Of a DNA stretch of 64,000 bases, positions 27,897 to 37,374 are shown piece after piece (position 1 is the first letter of the stretch; each line of letters begins with the position of its first letter). The notes beneath the pieces were generated by a model, which did not search any database, was not told the DNA's origin, and worked only from the letters and a program-made list of their open reading frames with translations. A program made the translations under genes and the position numbers. The stretch comes from an uncultured virus (IMG/VR IMGVR_UViG_3300025030_000078) (taxonomy: Duplodnaviria; Heunggongvirae; Uroviricota; Caudoviricetes), in the IMG/VR virus record IMGVR_UViG_3300025030_000078. One strand, 5' to 3'.

Positions 27897-28361
27897 CTAC
27901 TTCTGCGTGACATAAATGTCAACTTTAAGGTCTTTACAAATCTTCTTAAATTTTTCCCTAAGCACGTTTATGTCCAAAATAAATACTTCCTGTATCTTTT
28001 CCGGGGACCAACTTGCTAGGTAGTACTTCTGTAAAGCTTCCATTTCAGACCTTTCAAAGTGACTTGCCATAAAGCCGTGCGTTATGCTCATGGTCAAAGC
28101 TACTTCCTCAAACATATTCTGAACATCCGTTCCCCCCAAGAAAACTATTTGAGAAGGAGTCAGGCTTTCAAAGAACTTGTCCATTTTAAGACCTATCTCG
28201 TGGATATCCTTATCTGTTATAGGCGATATCTCAACGCTAAGTTTTTTCCTGGTTCTTCTTGCTACAATAGTACTTACGATTCCATAATAAAAACTAAGTA
28301 TTTTATCCACCATATTCAAAAGTGTCCTGATATCCGCAGATATCGCAGACTTCTCCTCCAA
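27897..28361 (-). CDS. Hypothetical protein
   Basis: ORF in the operon. Confidence 0.55.
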   Translation of the reverse strand: MEEKSAISADIRTLLNMVDKILSFYYGIVSTIVARRTRKKLSVEISPITDKDIHEIGLKMDKFFESLTPSQIVFLGGTDVQNMFEEVALTMSITHGFMASHFERSEMEALQKYYLASWSPEKIQEVFILDINVLREKFKKICKDLKVDIYVTQK

Positions 28362-28608
28362 TTCTTATACCTGTGGCAGGTTGGTCTAAATTTGTTACTT
28401 TATGACAACCGAGGTGATGGCAGTCCGGGCATAAATACATAGGTATCTGCATCTTTAAATGCTCCTCGTATTTATCCTTGTATTTGGGATTAGTTTCAGA
28501 TAAAGGGTCTCTGTTATCAATAGGCACTCTTTTAACATTCTCCCCATCGAAATCTTGAGATTTTGAGCTGTTTTTATAGGTTGTTTTATCAGGATCGTAT
28601 TCGTCCAT
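28303..28608 (-). CDS. Hypothetical protein with CxxC pairs
   Basis: CPDC and CDICG motifs. Confidence 0.6.
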   Translation of the reverse strand: MDEYDPDKTTYKNSSKSQDFDGENVKRVPIDNRDPLSETNPKYKDKYEEHLKMQIPMYLCPDCHHLGCHKVTNLDQPATGIRIGGEVCDICGYQDTFEYGG

Positions 28609-28783
28609 ATATTTAATTACCCGCGCTAGGCGCAGTACCGCCTAAAACTATTATGTAAAAAGGCAGCTGTTACACAACCTCACCGCGCCGAGCGTGATGC
28701 ATCACTCTAAAAAACACTACTTGTGTATCACAGAGTCGATAGATAGAATATTAAACCAGAATACACATTTGTCAATAGATACT

Positions 28784-29035
28784 TTATACCGGGGGGTTTA
28801 TATATTCTACCCCTACCCTACTTTCTGCCGTCACTTCGGGATAAACAACCTTATCCCTTTCCATTAGGGTCTGGTACATCTTTTTCCACCAGGAGGCATT
28901 TTCCATATTGTCTTGGTACAGTTTGAAACACAACTCCCTCGCTTCGATTCTGAGCTCTTTTTTGGCACTTTCTGTAAGGGTGTCCCCCTCAATATTTTTT
29001 AAAAGTTCTTCAAACCTGCTTTTAAGTTCAAGCAT
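28784..29035 (-). CDS. Hypothetical protein
   Basis: Coupled to DnaB. Confidence 0.6.
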   Translation of the reverse strand: MLELKSRFEELLKNIEGDTLTESAKKELRIEARELCFKLYQDNMENASWWKKMYQTLMERDKVVYPEVTAESRVGVEYINPPV

Positions 29036-30254
29036 ATTCTTTCATCCTTCCCGTCTTGAAGTCTGCATCAAGCTCCAGTTCAAAGGTAAAACCGTTTCTG
29101 TTCTTCTTAACATCCACCACAAGTTCGTTTTTAGAGTCTTCTTTCCTTTTAAGGACAATGCCAAGATCTGCACAGGCTTCAATCGTTCCCGAACCTTTAT
29201 ACCCAAACGCCCCGGAAGTCCCTGTTTTTTGGGATTCTCTACTTACCTGAGAGGCTACTATGACACAAATCTTTTCAGATAAAGCAAGATTTTGGAGTTT
29301 TCTTATGGCGTTGGAAAGCTCCTCGTACTCATCTTTTCCTCCGGCAAGGTTTTGCAGGAAGTCAACAACAACAACATCTAAACCCTTATCTGCAAGCTCT
29401 CTTTTAACGTAAAAAATAACTTCGTCTATGCGGGTTATTCCACTAATTATGCGGATTGGTGAGGTTAAGATACCTTGTAGCGCGGAATCCCTCTTATCCT
29501 TGCTTTCAGGTGTCAGGCGGTCTTGTATCATATCGAACTCAGGAATGCCTGTATTTATAGCTGTAAGTCTCCAAGCAAGCCTAGTTTCTACCATTTCTGT
29601 AGACAGGTATAAAACCTTAGCCCCGTCTTTTAAAGCATTGTTAGCAAGATTCAAACAAAACCAAGACTTACCTATAGAAGTGTAGGCTCCGACTACCCAC
29701 AGTTGTCCCTTCTGAAGTCCGCGGGTAGCGGAGTCTATTCTCCTATATCCTGTAGAAAATCCCCATAAATCCTTTCCTTTATAGAGTTCTATTTCCTTTT
29801 TCATCTCCTCAACCAAAGTCTCTGACGTGATATCGGTTTCTAAGCGGGATTCTGTAAGGTTAAAAAGCTTGTGAGCTACGTCCGTTATCAGCTTATCTAT
29901 AGTGTTATTGGCGTAGTTTTTGCTATCTACAAGAAAACCACCTATGTTTTTTAAAGCCCAGGTACGCTTGGCTTCCTTGATATGCTTTAGATATTGATTT
30001 AATTCCTCTTTATCAAACTCGTGTGAGGATCTACCAAGTTCCCTAACAAGCTTAATAGAATTTTCATCACTAAAGCTTTCTTCTAAGGTGAAGTAGTCTA
30101 AAAATTCCTTTTTACTATAAAGGTCTACTATTTTGGCAAAAATTTCTTTATATCCCGGAGTTATAAAATCTTCTGGCGACAGTTTAGCAAGAACTTGATC
30201 TATAAGATAAGGTGTTTTTATTATTCCACCGAGCAGAGTTTTCTCGTAGTTCAT
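29028..30254 (-). CDS. dnaB: Replicative DNA helicase, DnaB-like
   Basis: EKTLLG..LSPEDF N-domain, GAYTSIGKS, STEM, VVDFLQ, ASQVSR, SGTIEACAD and KNRNG motifs. Confidence 0.93.
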   Translation of the reverse strand: MNYEKTLLGGIIKTPYLIDQVLAKLSPEDFITPGYKEIFAKIVDLYSKKEFLDYFTLEESFSDENSIKLVRELGRSSHEFDKEELNQYLKHIKEAKRTWALKNIGGFLVDSKNYANNTIDKLITDVAHKLFNLTESRLETDITSETLVEEMKKEIELYKGKDLWGFSTGYRRIDSATRGLQKGQLWVVGAYTSIGKSWFCLNLANNALKDGAKVLYLSTEMVETRLAWRLTAINTGIPEFDMIQDRLTPESKDKRDSALQGILTSPIRIISGITRIDEVIFYVKRELADKGLDVVVVDFLQNLAGGKDEYEELSNAIRKLQNLALSEKICVIVASQVSRESQKTGTSGAFGYKGSGTIEACADLGIVLKRKEDSKNELVVDVKKNRNGFTFELELDADFKTGRMKEYA

Positions 30255-30329
30255 TGATTAATCCCTTACTAAATTTTTAAGTAAGAATATTATGTATACT
30301 ATCGAACAAATATGTCAATAACCGATAGT

Positions 30330-30656
30330 TTAGTCTTCTTGGCTAAAGCGGTACACCAAGTAAAAAGACCAAGATATAAAAGTAAAAAATGCATTGACGA
30401 GGACACTTCTTATTGGAGATAAGGAGTGCGCTACAGCTCCATTTCCTGTTAAGGATAGTAGGGAGAGCAGGGCATTAATTAAAGACCCGATAGCAACGCC
30501 TGAAACCAGCATTGTAAGGATTTTATTCATGGGGGTAGCCTCTCTTTTTATTACTTTTCTTTCTTCAATGAGTATTTTAGTCAGATAAATGGCGGGTGGG
30601 ACCGCAAGGAAAGCCAAGGCAAGGTTTGTTAAGTTTAAAAGGTCTCTTATAATCAT
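30330..30656 (-). CDS. Three-TM membrane protein
   Basis: Three hydrophobic segments. Confidence 0.65.
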   Translation of the reverse strand: MIIRDLLNLTNLALAFLAVPPAIYLTKILIEERKVIKREATPMNKILTMLVSGVAIGSLINALLSLLSLTGNGAVAHSLSPIRSVLVNAFFTFISWSFYLVYRFSQED

Positions 30657-30672
30657 ATCTTATAGCATTCTA

Positions 30673-30960
30673 TCACTTTCTTTTCCTAGTGGTAAGTACG
30701 TTTAGCACCTGGGTGGTTAGATTAGTCTGGTTATCTATGATACCTTTCAACTGGACATTGGTTTCTGTATTTCTGTTAAAAGCATCTAAAAGCTTATCTG
30801 AGGCATCTGAAATAGCATCGTCCTTTTTTATAATATCTTCCCTGTGGTTTTTTTCTTTTTCCTTCATGTCTTTCCATACAACGGTTAAGAAGTATAGTAA
30901 AAGTCCGGTTATTCCGAGATCTAAAATGCCTTTAATATAATCAATAGTTTCCATGGACAT
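30673..30960 (-). CDS. TM plus coiled-coil protein (BhlA/UviB holin-like architecture)
   Basis: LGITGLLLYFL followed by a charged coiled coil. Confidence 0.55.
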   Translation of the reverse strand: MSMETIDYIKGILDLGITGLLLYFLTVVWKDMKEKEKNHREDIIKKDDAISDASDKLLDAFNRNTETNVQLKGIIDNQTNLTTQVLNVLTTRKRK

Positions 30961-31402
30961 CCACTAATTTAATATAACTATCTACTAAAAGAATTGCATC
31001 AGCCTCGTCATCTATAAGGTTATCTTTTAAGCTTATAATCTTGGCTTTTTCTATGCTTTCCTCTTTGGTTTTTATATCCTGTAGTCTTTTTAAGGTCTTA
31101 TTATGTATAAAATCTACCGTATCACACTCGGCACAGGCTTGAGAAAAGATAGCACCACCGATAAGATTTAGCATTCTAGTTACCTTACCATTTCTAACAG
31201 CCAGGGGCTCCTCTATAACAACGATGGTAGGTTTATATTTTTTAAATATTTCGTTAAATCTGGAAACTATTTCCCTCAGTTTCACAAGGGAATACGTGCC
31301 GGGGAACTCAAGATAAAAAGACTCCTTATAAATACCGTTCTCAAATACTGCGACTCCGCAAAAATGGGAACCGGAATCAATACCGATAGTAATACAACTC
31401 AT
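30941..31402 (-). CDS. ruvC: Holliday junction resolvase, RuvC-like
   Basis: IGIDSG, VVIEE and DEADAI motifs. Confidence 0.85.
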   Translation of the reverse strand: MSCITIGIDSGSHFCGVAVFENGIYKESFYLEFPGTYSLVKLREIVSRFNEIFKKYKPTIVVIEEPLAVRNGKVTRMLNLIGGAIFSQACAECDTVDFIHNKTLKRLQDIKTKEESIEKAKIISLKDNLIDDEADAILLVDSYIKLVDVHGNY

Positions 31403-31441
31403 TTGTTTCCCCTCTTTCTTTTAACTGACATCCTACACCCC

Positions 31442-31966
31442 CTAGTTTATTTTAAATAAATAATGGATACCGTCTATATCAAGTATCTCTGCTCCATATT
31501 TTACACCTAAGTACTGTGGATCAACAATAGACTTAACCCACTCGTTCCCGGCGTTAGGCACTCCCCACGGGCTTTTACCGGGGTAGTTTTCTATACCTAT
31601 AGTAGTTTTAGCCACTCGTATCCCTTCCGACAAAGCTTGTTCCCAATTATTTAGCTGGTGAAGTATGGTTGACAGGACTGAGGTATTAAAAGCCTTATCC
31701 TTAAAAGGAAGGTCGTGAGCATCCCACTTTATAGCTTGTAACCCCCGCTCCAGGCATTTTTGGACCAACCAGTGCGTATATTCAACTCCAATGCCCCCCT
31801 TTACTTCAGAAAGAAGGAACCCTCCATTACAGCCTATATCTACATACATAGGCTTAATAAAAGGCTTTAAAGAGTCTATAAGGGTATCATTTGCCGAAGA
31901 CCAGCCCCTGTCTATTAAATTCGGATAGACGTTCTCTTGCCAATGATCTGCCATAAATCCTCCCAT
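31442..31966 (-). CDS. Class I SAM-dependent methyltransferase
   Basis: VDIGCNGG, DAHDLPFKDKAF and EGIRV motifs. Confidence 0.85.
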   Translation of the reverse strand: MGGFMADHWQENVYPNLIDRGWSSANDTLIDSLKPFIKPMYVDIGCNGGFLLSEVKGGIGVEYTHWLVQKCLERGLQAIKWDAHDLPFKDKAFNTSVLSTILHQLNNWEQALSEGIRVAKTTIGIENYPGKSPWGVPNAGNEWVKSIVDPQYLGVKYGAEILDIDGIHYLFKIN

Positions 31967-32514
31967 CTATAGCCAAACTTGTTTTTCTCTTCAAAACGCC
32001 ACTCGTGGAGATAAAGCATTTTAATATCTTTTGGGATATCAAGACCGTGCTTTGGCATTCCGGGAAGGTAATCCTCTATTCTTTCCATATGCCCTAGTAC
32101 CTTTAAATCGCAAAAACTGTCTGCATACTCCTCCCCCTCATTAAAAGGCAAGATAAAGTATTTTGGGTTTAATCCCCACATATTTAGTATTTCCTTAGCT
32201 GTAGCTACATCTCTGTAAGGGGGTTTATGCGAGTGCCAAAGCCCGTGTACAGCGAAGAAATCCTGCGTTCTACTCCTTAAAAACCTAACAACCTCCATAT
32301 TATCAAGTAGAGTCTTCTTACCTCCCAGAGCTACTATCTCACCGTCAGTCATGGATTTTTCTATAGCGTGGGTTTCTCCTAATGGAGTTATTGCGTGAAT
32401 TATCTGAACTCCGTACCTATCACAGCCATAACAAAATACCTTTAAATTATCAATATCCGTATCTGCCGAGACATCGTCGTTTCTGATTATTAAGCTTGAC
32501 ATATAACCCTCCAA
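31915..32514 (-). CDS. Polysaccharide deacetylase-like protein (CE4/DUF2334-like)
   Basis: IIRNDDV, AVHGLWH, FILPFN and LYLH motifs. Confidence 0.7.
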   Translation of the reverse strand: MEGYMSSLIIRNDDVSADTDIDNLKVFCYGCDRYGVQIIHAITPLGETHAIEKSMTDGEIVALGGKKTLLDNMEVVRFLRSRTQDFFAVHGLWHSHKPPYRDVATAKEILNMWGLNPKYFILPFNEGEEYADSFCDLKVLGHMERIEDYLPGMPKHGLDIPKDIKMLYLHEWRFEEKNKFGYRWEDLWQIIGKRTSIRI

Positions 32515-32969
32515 TCCCTCACTGGCATGTGCATAATACCCTCTTGAGTAAATTCAATGTTTTTAAACCCGGCTTTTTCTAAAAGGTCTTTCATTTCTTC
32601 TTTCTCATAAACATAGTGATGTAGAAGTATGGGGTCTATTTCCGTATCTTGGTTGCCGTAAAGACCCCAGCGACCGTGAATATCTCCGTCCAGGTACATT
32701 TTTACAGTATCTTTAAGGCTGGTAAACTCAATGGTTATAGTACCCCCTTTTCTAAGTACCCGGTGCCAATCTGATAGTATCGCCGGGAACTGCCACGCAT
32801 AAAATGATTCTATAACGTGCGTTGCTATAATTTCTTCTATTTCCCCGTCACGAAAGGGTAAAGGCTCTCTTAAATCATGTGTAATATCCGCGCCTTCGCA
32901 GAGATCTACATTTAAAAAACCCTCTACCGGAAGATGCCCCCCTCCAAGGTTAAGACTTAGCATAGACAA
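32490..32969 (-). CDS. Class I SAM-dependent methyltransferase
   Basis: LNLGGG, NVD, LPF, HVIE and WHRVLRKGG motifs. Confidence 0.85.
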   Translation of the reverse strand: MSMLSLNLGGGHLPVEGFLNVDLCEGADITHDLREPLPFRDGEIEEIIATHVIESFYAWQFPAILSDWHRVLRKGGTITIEFTSLKDTVKMYLDGDIHGRWGLYGNQDTEIDPILLHHYVYEKEEMKDLLEKAGFKNIEFTQEGIMHMPVRDWRVICQA

Positions 32970-33753
32970 TCTCCTTATATAAATCAGTAATCCCTTTACA
33001 AAACCCTTCCCACGTAAAATGAGCTACTTGGGGGGCGGTGTAAAATCTCTTTATTTCTGTTGTGATGCTTTCCACATTCCGTTCACATGTATGCAATGTT
33101 AAATATTTTGCTACCCCCACACCTGTGGTAAGAAGCGGTTTATTTATTGCGGCACATTCCATAGCTATGGTATTAGCCCCCTCATCTTGTGAGGCAACTA
33201 CCATAAGATCTACAGAATCATAGAACTTTTGCATATCCGTAACTCCCAGCTCTCCCCCGGCTACCTCAAGCTTTATCCCTAATTTATCACAGGCTTCTTT
33301 AACTAGGTAGTATCCTTTATAGATTCTGCTTTCTTCTGAGTTATTCTGAAACGCCATACCTACCGTGAATCCTTCTTTTACTTTAAGGTTTTCAAAGAAC
33401 AACCCGTCCGAAATGCAAGTAGCATCGGTAAATATTGACAACTGCTTGGGATTTATAACATGGGTATTTATACCGTTGTCTCTAAGGAACGGGGGGATCC
33501 AGTCAGGAAACCTAAAACTTCTTATAGACACTAAAACAGGCACTTTACTCCCTGTAATAAGTCTCTGATAGGGATAAATGTCCCAGTTATTGAAATGAAT
33601 CAGGTCGTAACCTTGCGGGAATTGTGCGGGAATTGGGTCCTTATAACTTGCTATATCAATATCTACTCCATATTTCCCGCATATTTCCCGCATCTTTTTG
33701 GAAATACGATCCACTATCCAACCTTGCCCGTCTGAGTATAATAGTACTTTCAT
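32950..33753 (-). CDS. Glycosyltransferase, GT4
   Basis: KGY and DLMVVASQDEG...ECAA..KPLLTT.VG motifs. Confidence 0.85.
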   Translation of the reverse strand: MKVLLYSDGQGWIVDRISKKMREICGKYGVDIDIASYKDPIPAQFPQGYDLIHFNNWDIYPYQRLITGSKVPVLVSIRSFRFPDWIPPFLRDNGINTHVINPKQLSIFTDATCISDGLFFENLKVKEGFTVGMAFQNNSEESRIYKGYYLVKEACDKLGIKLEVAGGELGVTDMQKFYDSVDLMVVASQDEGANTIAMECAAINKPLLTTGVGVAKYLTLHTCERNVESITTEIKRFYTAPQVAHFTWEGFCKGITDLYKEIVYAKS

Positions 33754-33962
33754 TACTTTTTCCTTAAATGGTTAAAATTAAATACTTCCGTAACAGTCTG
33801 CCTTTTCCCACAAACATCGCATTTAGATATACGCCAGACCGGGAGTTTTCTTAACTCGGCGTTTGCAATGTTATCTAAAGAATCCCCATATTTAATACCA
33901 CAGTCGTAGCAAACCCAGGCAGCCTTTTGTAAGACCTCTTCTGTTATTTTTACTCTCCTCAT
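33753..33962 (-). CDS. Small Zn-finger protein
   Basis: CYDC and CDVC motifs; AGGAGG RBS. Confidence 0.65.
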   Translation of the reverse strand: MRRVKITEEVLQKAAWVCYDCGIKYGDSLDNIANAELRKLPVWRISKCDVCGKRQTVTEVFNFNHLRKK

Positions 33963-34095
33963 TCTAACTTCCTCCTAATGTCCATTATACTAATCAAGGT
34001 TAGGATAAGTAACATACCGTGGAAATCTTTGCTTATAACAGTCACTATAAGTAGCACAAAAAGCAAAACTTCCTGAATTAATATTATCGCTAATT

Positions 34096-34797
34096 TCATT
34101 TTAAATGCGGGAAATAAGCAAACTCCTTGCTTCCTTCAAACTTTGGGTTTCTGTCCGGACCTTGGACAAAACCATCGAAATAATTACAAATTAGATCATA
34201 AGCCCTCATACAGTAGTCAACGCTTAGTTGGTCACGTTTACTGCCTTTACATATTTCATCCCACCACATCTCGTTAAAAGCAGCTACTTCAGGCGTGTGT
34301 CTTCTTAAAATAACCGTACAGGCGGTAAGTCCGAAGTGTTCGGGAAAGAAATTATCCCGATATCTCTGCATCTGTGCATCTATAATAGCCGGGTCATCGA
34401 GCTTTAGTTTTTTACACACCTCAGCTTCTTCGTAGGCGGAATCCCTTAAGGGGTGTTTGAACATACAAAGGTCATCTTCCTGCAGATATTTTTTTATAAG
34501 GTTGTCTATTTTAACCAGGGGTATAACATTTCCATCTATCCAAAGGCTATAAGGTGCGTTTGGAAAGACTTTATGAGCCATTGCCTTGTAGTATTTAGCA
34601 CGTCTTACCGGGTCTTTTATCTGCATCACTTCTTTACTCATGAGAAAGGGGTTCCAAGCCCACCTAGCTTCTTTTCTGACACTGCTATCATCGTAGAACA
34701 AATAAAAAGAATCATTGTTGCCACGGATATTGCTATTAAACTTTAAAGGCGCATCTTTTCCTCCGGCTATTGCCGTATAAATGTAATTATTACCCAT
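34096..34797 (-). CDS. DUF616 (TOD1/MUCI70-like) glycosyltransferase
   Basis: YTAIAGGKD, SLWIDGN, KHPLRD, VILRRH and RDQLS motifs. Confidence 0.85.
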   Translation of the reverse strand: MGNNYIYTAIAGGKDAPLKFNSNIRGNNDSFYLFYDDSSVRKEARWAWNPFLMSKEVMQIKDPVRRAKYYKAMAHKVFPNAPYSLWIDGNVIPLVKIDNLIKKYLQEDDLCMFKHPLRDSAYEEAEVCKKLKLDDPAIIDAQMQRYRDNFFPEHFGLTACTVILRRHTPEVAAFNEMWWDEICKGSKRDQLSVDYCMRAYDLICNYFDGFVQGPDRNPKFEGSKEFAYFPHLK

Positions 34798-34993
34798 TTA
34801 TTTCCAAAGTCCCTTCGTTAAGCAGTCCCGCTAAATCCTCGGAAAAACTACTCATTACAATAAAATTAGTAAGAACCCCCACTACCATAGCTTTTTTATT
34901 CTTGTCTCCCTTAGACTCTTTCTCAGCGTACTCAATCATACTTTCCTTAAATACTTCTTTAATCTTTTCTTCCAGTTTTATAGTTTCTTCCAT
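34790..34993 (-). CDS. Hypothetical protein
   Basis: Coupled ORF. Confidence 0.6.
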   Translation of the reverse strand: MEETIKLEEKIKEVFKESMIEYAEKESKGDKNKKAMVVGVLTNFIVMSSFSEDLAGLLNEGTLEING

Positions 34994-34994
34994 A

Positions 34995-35576
34995 CTAATC
35001 CTCCAAAGAAATTACTACAGCAAAGCCGTTCTCTGCCTTATCGTCCCTATCTAAGTAGTCTATAACCTTGAAATCAAGATGCCTACAAAGTGCTAAAAAT
35101 GCCTCTGTATCCCATACCGACCAATGTCCCAGGGGAAATTTAAAACTAGACATTGTTATCTTCCCGGAGTGTCTGTCTTCTAGTTCTTGTATAGTAGTAA
35201 TAGGTCTTCCTCTATCCGGGGTTCTGTCGACGTGCGGTGCTATTATAAAAATATACTTCCTTGCTACCCTTTTCCATTCATACAACGCAGCGAGGGGATC
35301 CCAGAAATGCTCTATAACATGTGAGCTTACCACAAAGTCGTAAGACTTATCCGGGAAAGGTAGGCTGTCTCCGGGTGCTACTACATCTACCTTTATTGGC
35401 TCTACGTTCGTCCCCTTGAGCATTTCAAGCTCAATAAGCTTATATTCCTCATCTCTGCTATCTGTTATGTCTACGTTGATTGTATCGAGTCCAAAGGGGT
35501 TATGGTTAGCCCCACCTATTTCAATACCTTTTAGACCGTCTAAGTATTTATGGGCAAGCACCGATTCCGGGAACAT
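34995..35576 (-). CDS. Class I SAM-dependent methyltransferase
   Basis: GIEIGG, LPFPDKSYDFVVSSHVIEH and EWKRV motifs. Confidence 0.88.
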   Translation of the reverse strand: MFPESVLAHKYLDGLKGIEIGGANHNPFGLDTINVDITDSRDEEYKLIELEMLKGTNVEPIKVDVVAPGDSLPFPDKSYDFVVSSHVIEHFWDPLAALYEWKRVARKYIFIIAPHVDRTPDRGRPITTIQELEDRHSGKITMSSFKFPLGHWSVWDTEAFLALCRHLDFKVIDYLDRDDKAENGFAVVISLED

Positions 35577-35710
35577 TATTTAAAAGTGCCTTTAAAATAA
35601 TCAGATAACCACGCTACAATCAGGTAAGCAATAAGAAGTAGAGACCCCGCTATTCCGGTTGTTAAAACGAATAAAAATAATATTAATACAACGTACATTA
35701 GTGTTTCCAT
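35576..35710 (-). CDS. Small membrane protein (44 aa)
   Basis: Hydrophobic ORF with AAGGAGG RBS and TAATG coupling. Confidence 0.55.
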   Translation of the reverse strand: METLMYVVLILFLFVLTTGIAGSLLLIAYLIVAWLSDYFKGTFK

Positions 35711-35844
35711 TAGACCTCCTTGCAGGTAGTTTGGGCTATAAGTATGCATAAAGCTAAAATAGTTACCACGTGAAACCCAACAAGATTACTAGTAAGCATA
35801 AACATAAAAAAAAGAGCAAGACCTGTTAAAATTATAGTAAGCAT
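35710..35844 (-). CDS. Small membrane protein (44 aa)
   Basis: Hydrophobic ORF with TAATG coupling. Confidence 0.5.
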   Translation of the reverse strand: MLTIILTGLALFFMFMLTSNLVGFHVVTILALCILIAQTTCKEV

Positions 35845-35857
35845 CGTTTTTATATTT

Positions 35858-36142
35858 TCACTCATACTTTTTTACCTCCGCAAATTTTATAGGGAAGTAC
35901 CATTGAGTCTCCTGACCTACAGCCTTTTCCCTTCCAAATTTAATAACATCCTCGCTTTTAAACGTCCAGATCTCCTTTTTTCTTTGGTCTACAAATATCA
36001 TAACAGGTATCCGGTTGTTTTTGATTTTAGTTATCACGTGAGTCTGCACCGAAAGCTCCTTTGTCATCCACAAAACAGCCTTAGAGAAGTTCACAAACTT
36101 GGTATAGTCTTCCCGATGGAAGTGACCTACGTTTATTGACAT
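35858..36142 (-). CDS. Hypothetical protein
   Basis: GGAGG RBS. Confidence 0.65.
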   Translation of the reverse strand: MSINVGHFHREDYTKFVNFSKAVLWMTKELSVQTHVITKIKNNRIPVMIFVDQRKKEIWTFKSEDVIKFGREKAVGQETQWYFPIKFAEVKKYE

Positions 36143-36420
36143 AGCGTGACCTCCAGGCTTTCAACTTTCATGTGTTTGAACTTCAGATTATCTTTAACCA
36201 CTTTTCTTATGTGATTTTTAAGCTTTTCTATCTCTTTGTCGGGGAGTTCTTTTTCAGACTCCGTGGAAATCGTCATAATCTGTATCGGCTCTTTATTCTT
36301 CAAAGAGATCTTGTGACCGGGGAGCCCAAACTCCGATAGGAGGTTATTTATCTCTTGTAGAGGACCTCCTGAGTAGGTAACTATTCCCTTCACAACGAAC
36401 TTATAATTAAACATTTCCAA
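36133..36420 (-). CDS. Hypothetical protein
   Basis: Follows the promoter at 36455. Confidence 0.6.
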   Translation of the reverse strand: MEMFNYKFVVKGIVTYSGGPLQEINNLLSEFGLPGHKISLKNKEPIQIMTISTESEKELPDKEIEKLKNHIRKVVKDNLKFKHMKVESLEVTLCQ

Positions 36421-36427
36421 TGAGAAT

Positions 36428-36455
36428 ATTTTATTACATTATACATATCTGTCAA
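36428..36455 (-). promoter_or_regulatory. Promoter upstream of the glycan-modification operon
   Basis: TTGACA-16-TAAAAT with ATACATATCTGT in the spacer. Confidence 0.65.
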
Positions 36456-36467
36456 GGGGTATGTTAC

Positions 36468-36503
36468 AGAAATGCCCCCATTATTTGCAGTCTAATGGGG
36501 ACA
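36468..36503 (-). terminator. Intrinsic terminator candidate
   Basis: TGTCCCCATTA/TAATGGGGGCA stem followed by TTTCT, after the phosphoesterase. Confidence 0.5.
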
Positions 36504-36510
36504 GGGGCGG

Positions 36511-37374
36511 TCATACTGAGCAATGAATGTCCCAATGTTCTCCAGATAAAGTGATGTTCGCTATACCCGTTTCAATTGGAAACATGTTCTTCTTCTGTGC
36601 GTAAGACCCCTCGTATTCCAGGAAACTCCCGGTCAGAACGAAATACTTTTCGCACGTAGCTACTGTGCGGTTTCGAAGATCGATGGAACGACGGGGGACT
36701 TTTATAGACAACAATTCGTGGGTGTGCCCGTATAAATATAAATCCGCGTCTGTGTGCTGTGCAGTTCTCATTGCAGCCGTCAGCTTTGTGTGAGGATACC
36801 AGGCGTTTGAGGAACCGTGTTGCGCATGGACAATGTAATTGTTTTTGCGCACTTTCAGTTTCAAAAATGCCGAGTAACCCCCGAATGGAACCTTAAGCAT
36901 GTTGGCTAAAATCTTGGAAACACGAATACCCGAATCTTTCCAGATGCGTTCTTCATGGTTACCTTCCAAGACAACTAAAATCTTATTCCGGATGGGGAGT
37001 AAAACTTCGTACAAGACATCAAGCTGTACCTGCGGGCTCCCGGTCTGTTCAACCCAACCGGCTCCCACGGAGTTTTTGCTTGCTGCCTCCATTAGATCAC
37101 CCATGAGTACCACGTAGCAATCGGTCCGTTGAATAAACGCTATGGTTTTTTCAAACTTTCCGATATTACAGGTAGGTGCACCGAGATGCGCATCGCCGAC
37201 CGGGACTAAAAGCAGGCTGCGAGCGTCGAAATCTCTTGAAACGGACCCCACTTCTCCTGTAGAAGATCCCCGAAAAATGTTTAACAGATTCGGTTCCTTT
37301 TCTTTGGTTTTTACTGTCATTGTTAGCTCCTTGTATCTAGGACTCTCACCTTCATACCCCCGATTAAAGCCCAC
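36511..37374 (-). CDS. Calcineurin-like metallophosphoesterase
   Basis: GDAHLG, GDLME, GNHE, HG and GHTH motifs; the true start may be ATG 37320. Confidence 0.9.
   Translation of the reverse strand: MGFNRGYEGESPRYKELTMTVKTKEKEPNLLNIFRGSSTGEVGSVSRDFDARSLLLVPVGDAHLGAPTCNIGKFEKTIAFIQRTDCYVVLMGDLMEAASKNSVGAGWVEQTGSPQVQLDVLYEVLLPIRNKILVVLEGNHEERIWKDSGIRVSKILANMLKVPFGGYSAFLKLKVRKNNYIVHAQHGSSNAWYPHTKLTAAMRTAQHTDADLYLYGHTHELLSIKVPRRSIDLRNRTVATCEKYFVLTGSFLEYEGSYAQKKNMFPIETGIANITLSGEHWDIHCSV

Noticed and set aside
31442..35576. Methyltransferases read as DNA methylases of a restriction-modification system
   Set aside because: No DPPY/NPPY or PC motifs; they are small-molecule or sugar-type and interleaved with GTs.
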